The translations under genes were made by a program, and so were the position numbers. Below the pieces are notes generated by a model, which did no database searches, was not told the DNA's origin, and worked only from the letters and a program-made list of their open reading frames with translations. 64,000 nt of DNA from positions 50,654,001-50,718,000 of the forward strand of contig NC_092354.1 in assembly GCF_963676685.1 (NCBI RefSeq). Reading direction: 5' to 3'. Below, one piece after another: positions 60,536-64,000 of this stretch (positions are counted from its first letter, which is position 1; each line of letters opens with the position of its first letter). The DNA comes from Mytilus edulis (Eukaryota).

Positions 60536-62105
60536 ATTATGTTTCTTGTTTAATTTCAATGATGAAGTAATTCTTCTTCTTAAGGGTCAACAAGACTTCA
60601 CTACTGTCAGATGAATACATGTTGTACAAAATAAGATGGAGCGAAATTAAACGTTATTAAGAAAACAAGACGACTTTACGATCGGGCTTATTATAATTGT
60701 TCAAGAAGAAGAAGAGGAAAAAAGAAACTTACGTAGGAAAAACACTATCAACTTACGTAAATCAATATTTAAATCTTGAAAATCCCCAAACCTTTAGAGA
60801 TTTTCAAGTAAGTAAAGGTCTTTGTCAGATTTCCATCTTAATTTTATCCCAATAACAGAAAACACAAAACACAACAAATAACAAGAGCTTGAATAATGGC
60901 TAAATTTCATTGATTGATTTTTATTGTCTTTTATAAGGAATAATTCAGTTATGAATAGTTTAAACAACATGTATTTATCGAAGTACATATGTACGTATCA
61001 ACAACATAAATAGAATATAAATTATTTTTAGAAACAAGCAGTTTTGATTATCCCCCTTATTATAAACTAAATATATTTTGACATTTTGACATTTTTCTTT
61101 CATTTGATATTTATGATAATCATATATATACGAAATTTACTTCTATACAGTGCACTTTGTCAGATATTTCTTAAATATCGTATTACTTTTTTGATAATAT
61201 TTATGATGGGATGTAACTCTTTTTGTCAACAATCATCTGTTTCAGAGGAAAATATTTATTTTAAAAATAAGTTATCTCCCATTACATTGGAAAAGCGTAA
61301 AGATTAAGATTATACATTTTAAAAATTGTCTTTCTTTTCATATATTCAACACAGTTTTACAGATGGATGGATAATTCTTTAAAAAAAAATAACCAAATGT
61401 GCCGTATACTAGTATAAAAGGGCACACTAATAAAAAGTAAAAGCTGTTTTAGCGCAAATTTCACAATATTCACGAAGTAAACGGGATTTTTTTCCCCAGT
61501 CGTCGTATTTTGCTACTGACTCTTTCGCAAATAATGATACCCGTTTGTACAACATTAATCTCTTTATGATATGAAAAATATCAAATATGAAAAAGGACTA
61601 TTGAACACATATTTTCGGGAAGATTGTTTGTAACTTAACATAACATTTAAGAGGACTTAGATTTTTAGATACCAGAATATAGACGTCTTATATTTGATTT
61701 TAGCCCAGTGTGGACACAGATGCTAATGAGACTAAAATGAAAGCGAAATAAACAACTATAGATCACCTCACGACCTTCAACAATGAGCAATGCCCATACC
61801 GCATTATCATGCCAAAGCCAGCTATAAAAGACCGCAAAATAAAATTTAAAAGCAAGAAACACTTACCTTGTAATCGACGGACCCGGTCTGGCTTGTTTAA
61901 ACTTCACGGGATTCCCTCATTTTTTGCATGTCGATTTGAGTTATCTTTCGATATATTTTGATGAGTTTTGTAAATAGGTAATGCAAATTGTTTTAGTCTA
62001 CATGTCCGGCATATTGGTGAACCATGAAAAACAAATTTATTTGGAAATAATTTAAATCTTTTCTGTACGTTTGTTTTCTTTGTACATGTGTTAAAAGTAA
62101 GATCA

Positions 62106-62142
<37 letters not shown>

Positions 62143-62441
62143 GAACTCCGAGGAAAATTCAAAACGGAAAGTCCCTAATAAAATTATTTGTGGTTGTGTA
62201 ATGATGTCTTGTACATGTGGATGTTTGAAAATGAATTTGTTTAAAAGTTTCTTACCCTTTTTGACTTGAGCAAAGCAACAAAATAAAACACAAGTAGCAT
62301 TCGATGTTATAAGACGACCTACGATAAGAAAGTTAAAATGTAATTGTACAAATACCGCGAAACATCATAATAATATACTGAAACTGAAATGCTACATGCA
62401 ATTTATAACGTTTAATGTTGATAAATAATCATTATCTATAA

Positions 62442-62891
62442 AGGTTGCACTTTGTAAATACAGCTGTTTCTCAAAACACGCCTCTTTTGGGGAGTAATTG
62501 AATATTCATAGAAAATTAATTTTGTTTACATACTGGTTCCCAGTTATGCTCTCTGTGTTCCATATCGCAGAGACAGAACTTGGGAATGTTACCAGTAAAT
62601 AAACACGTGCATATTGTTTACATTGAAATCTGTGGTAACCTTTCATTCGAGGTAGGGGTAGTTAAGAAAATTAGTGTAAGTTTAAACTCTGAGAAGTTCA
62701 GGGCATATAAACGTTGAAAATATGCCGCACAGCCCTATATTTTGACCTTTGAAAAAAATTGTGGTGCATATGAACTTTCAATTCTAGGATAAGATTTTTT
62801 TCAAAACTTCATAGTAAAAGTGGTACAGTTTTAGCCGTAAAAGGAGTTCCTATGGGAAATTGCATTGTCAATATTTACAGAAATGCAACCT
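62442..62891. mobile_element. Shorter member of the AGGTTGCA-TIR family
   Basis: 8-bp TIR aggttgca / tgcaacct. Colinear with 39875-40320. Confidence 0.7.
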
Positions 62892-64000
62892 AAAAGTTTT
62901 GTATGCACAAACAGTAATAAGGTGAACTAACTGTATGTCTTCTATTCTTTATTATGTACAAATTATCCGTTTTTAAATTTCCTCGGAGTCGTTTTTGTTT
63001 TGTGATTTTACTTTTTATTAGCAGTTTCTTGAATCTTTTGATTAACTCATTTATCAAATTATTGTTTTTCTGCTAAATTTTAACAATTTTCATACACATT
63101 TTTGTCTCCTTTTTATCCCTTTTATCCTTTCTCCTGTCCCATCTCTCCTTTCTCCCGGCTCTTCTCTCCTTTCTCCCGCCCCTATCTCCCTGTCTCCCTT
63201 TACCCTGTCCGCCACCCCAATAATAGCTCATCCTAAAATAAAAATAGAAATGTCGGTGACTTTCCGGAGTTATCATCTTTTACAAATTGCAAGATGACTG
63301 CCAAACATGTCTGTCATTCAAAGATGGTTTATACCGGCGTTATACATGGCGTACATAGAAAGTTGAGTCCGTATAAGTTATGTGCACGCGAGAGAAACGC
63401 TAGAAATCATTAGACGCGCGTTGCATAAGTTTAAAGTACGTCGAAATGCAAATTTATATGATTGGTGAACGCTTTTACTCGATGACATTTTATTTCAGCG
63501 TATAGATGTTCGTTTAGCTCTAGCGTTTTTCAAGCGTACTGTAATTCAGTGGTTGTCATTTGTTTATGTGTTTCATATTTGTTTTTCGTTCATTTTTTTG
63601 TACATAAATAAGGCCGTTAGTTTTCTCGTTTGAATTGTTTTACATTGTGTTATCGGGGCCTTTTATAGCTTACTATGCGGTATGGGCTTTCTCATTGTTG
63701 AAGGCCGTACGGTGACCTATAGTTGTTAATTTCTGTGTCATTTTGGTCTTTTGTGGATAGTTGTCTCATTGGCAATTATACCACATCTTCTTTTTTTATA
63801 TGTATACCTGTTCGCTATATGCACGTAAAAAATACATTGCAAGTGCGTTGGAAAACGCAACATATAATTAGTTTTAGAAAGGTTTAGGGCAAGTTGTATA
63901 CGCCAAATGATCGTTCGACTTGGAGCTATACTTTTAGTGGGATATATGCGGGGCGTGTTTGTAACATACGTCTGATGTAATTTCAGCGCTCCATGAACGT

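Noticed and set aside
63290-63990. CG-richer segment with cgtat/aacgc motifs as an RNA gene or transposon end
   Set aside because: No tRNA/rRNA fold, TIR pair or TSD can be established inside the window.

Overview
AT-rich eukaryotic DNA. The interspersed repeats look to me like bivalve (Mytilus-type mussel) families; this is recognition, not a database result. The core is a tandem array of six intact, single-exon, signal-peptide-less serpin genes, all on the minus strand (S1 13.6 kb, S2 27.5 kb, S3 32.6 kb, S4 37.9 kb, S5 45.8 kb, S6 56.6 kb). The scaffolds are similar but the reactive-centre loops (RCL) differ, with predicted P1 of Ser, Ala, Ala, Thr, Arg and Arg. The sequence records how the array diversified: (i) S3 is a chimera made by unequal crossover within a 20-bp tract, which duplicated a ~5-kb unit; (ii) substitutions cluster at P4-P1; (iii) S4 has a triplicated N-terminal 18-aa segment; (iv) S2 has a repeat inserted right against its ATG; (v) S6 is strongly cationic with an RVPRR loop; (vi) an orphan copy of the upstream conserved non-coding block suggests a lost seventh gene. 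The intergenic DNA holds Penelope-type minimal hammerhead ribozyme motifs, including a perfect 337-bp palindrome with one on each strand. It also holds a four-level transposon nest inside a decayed RTE-type LINE, Helentron-like elements with ~160-bp tandem repeats, and several MITEs. Nearly all short ORFs in the track are spurious.
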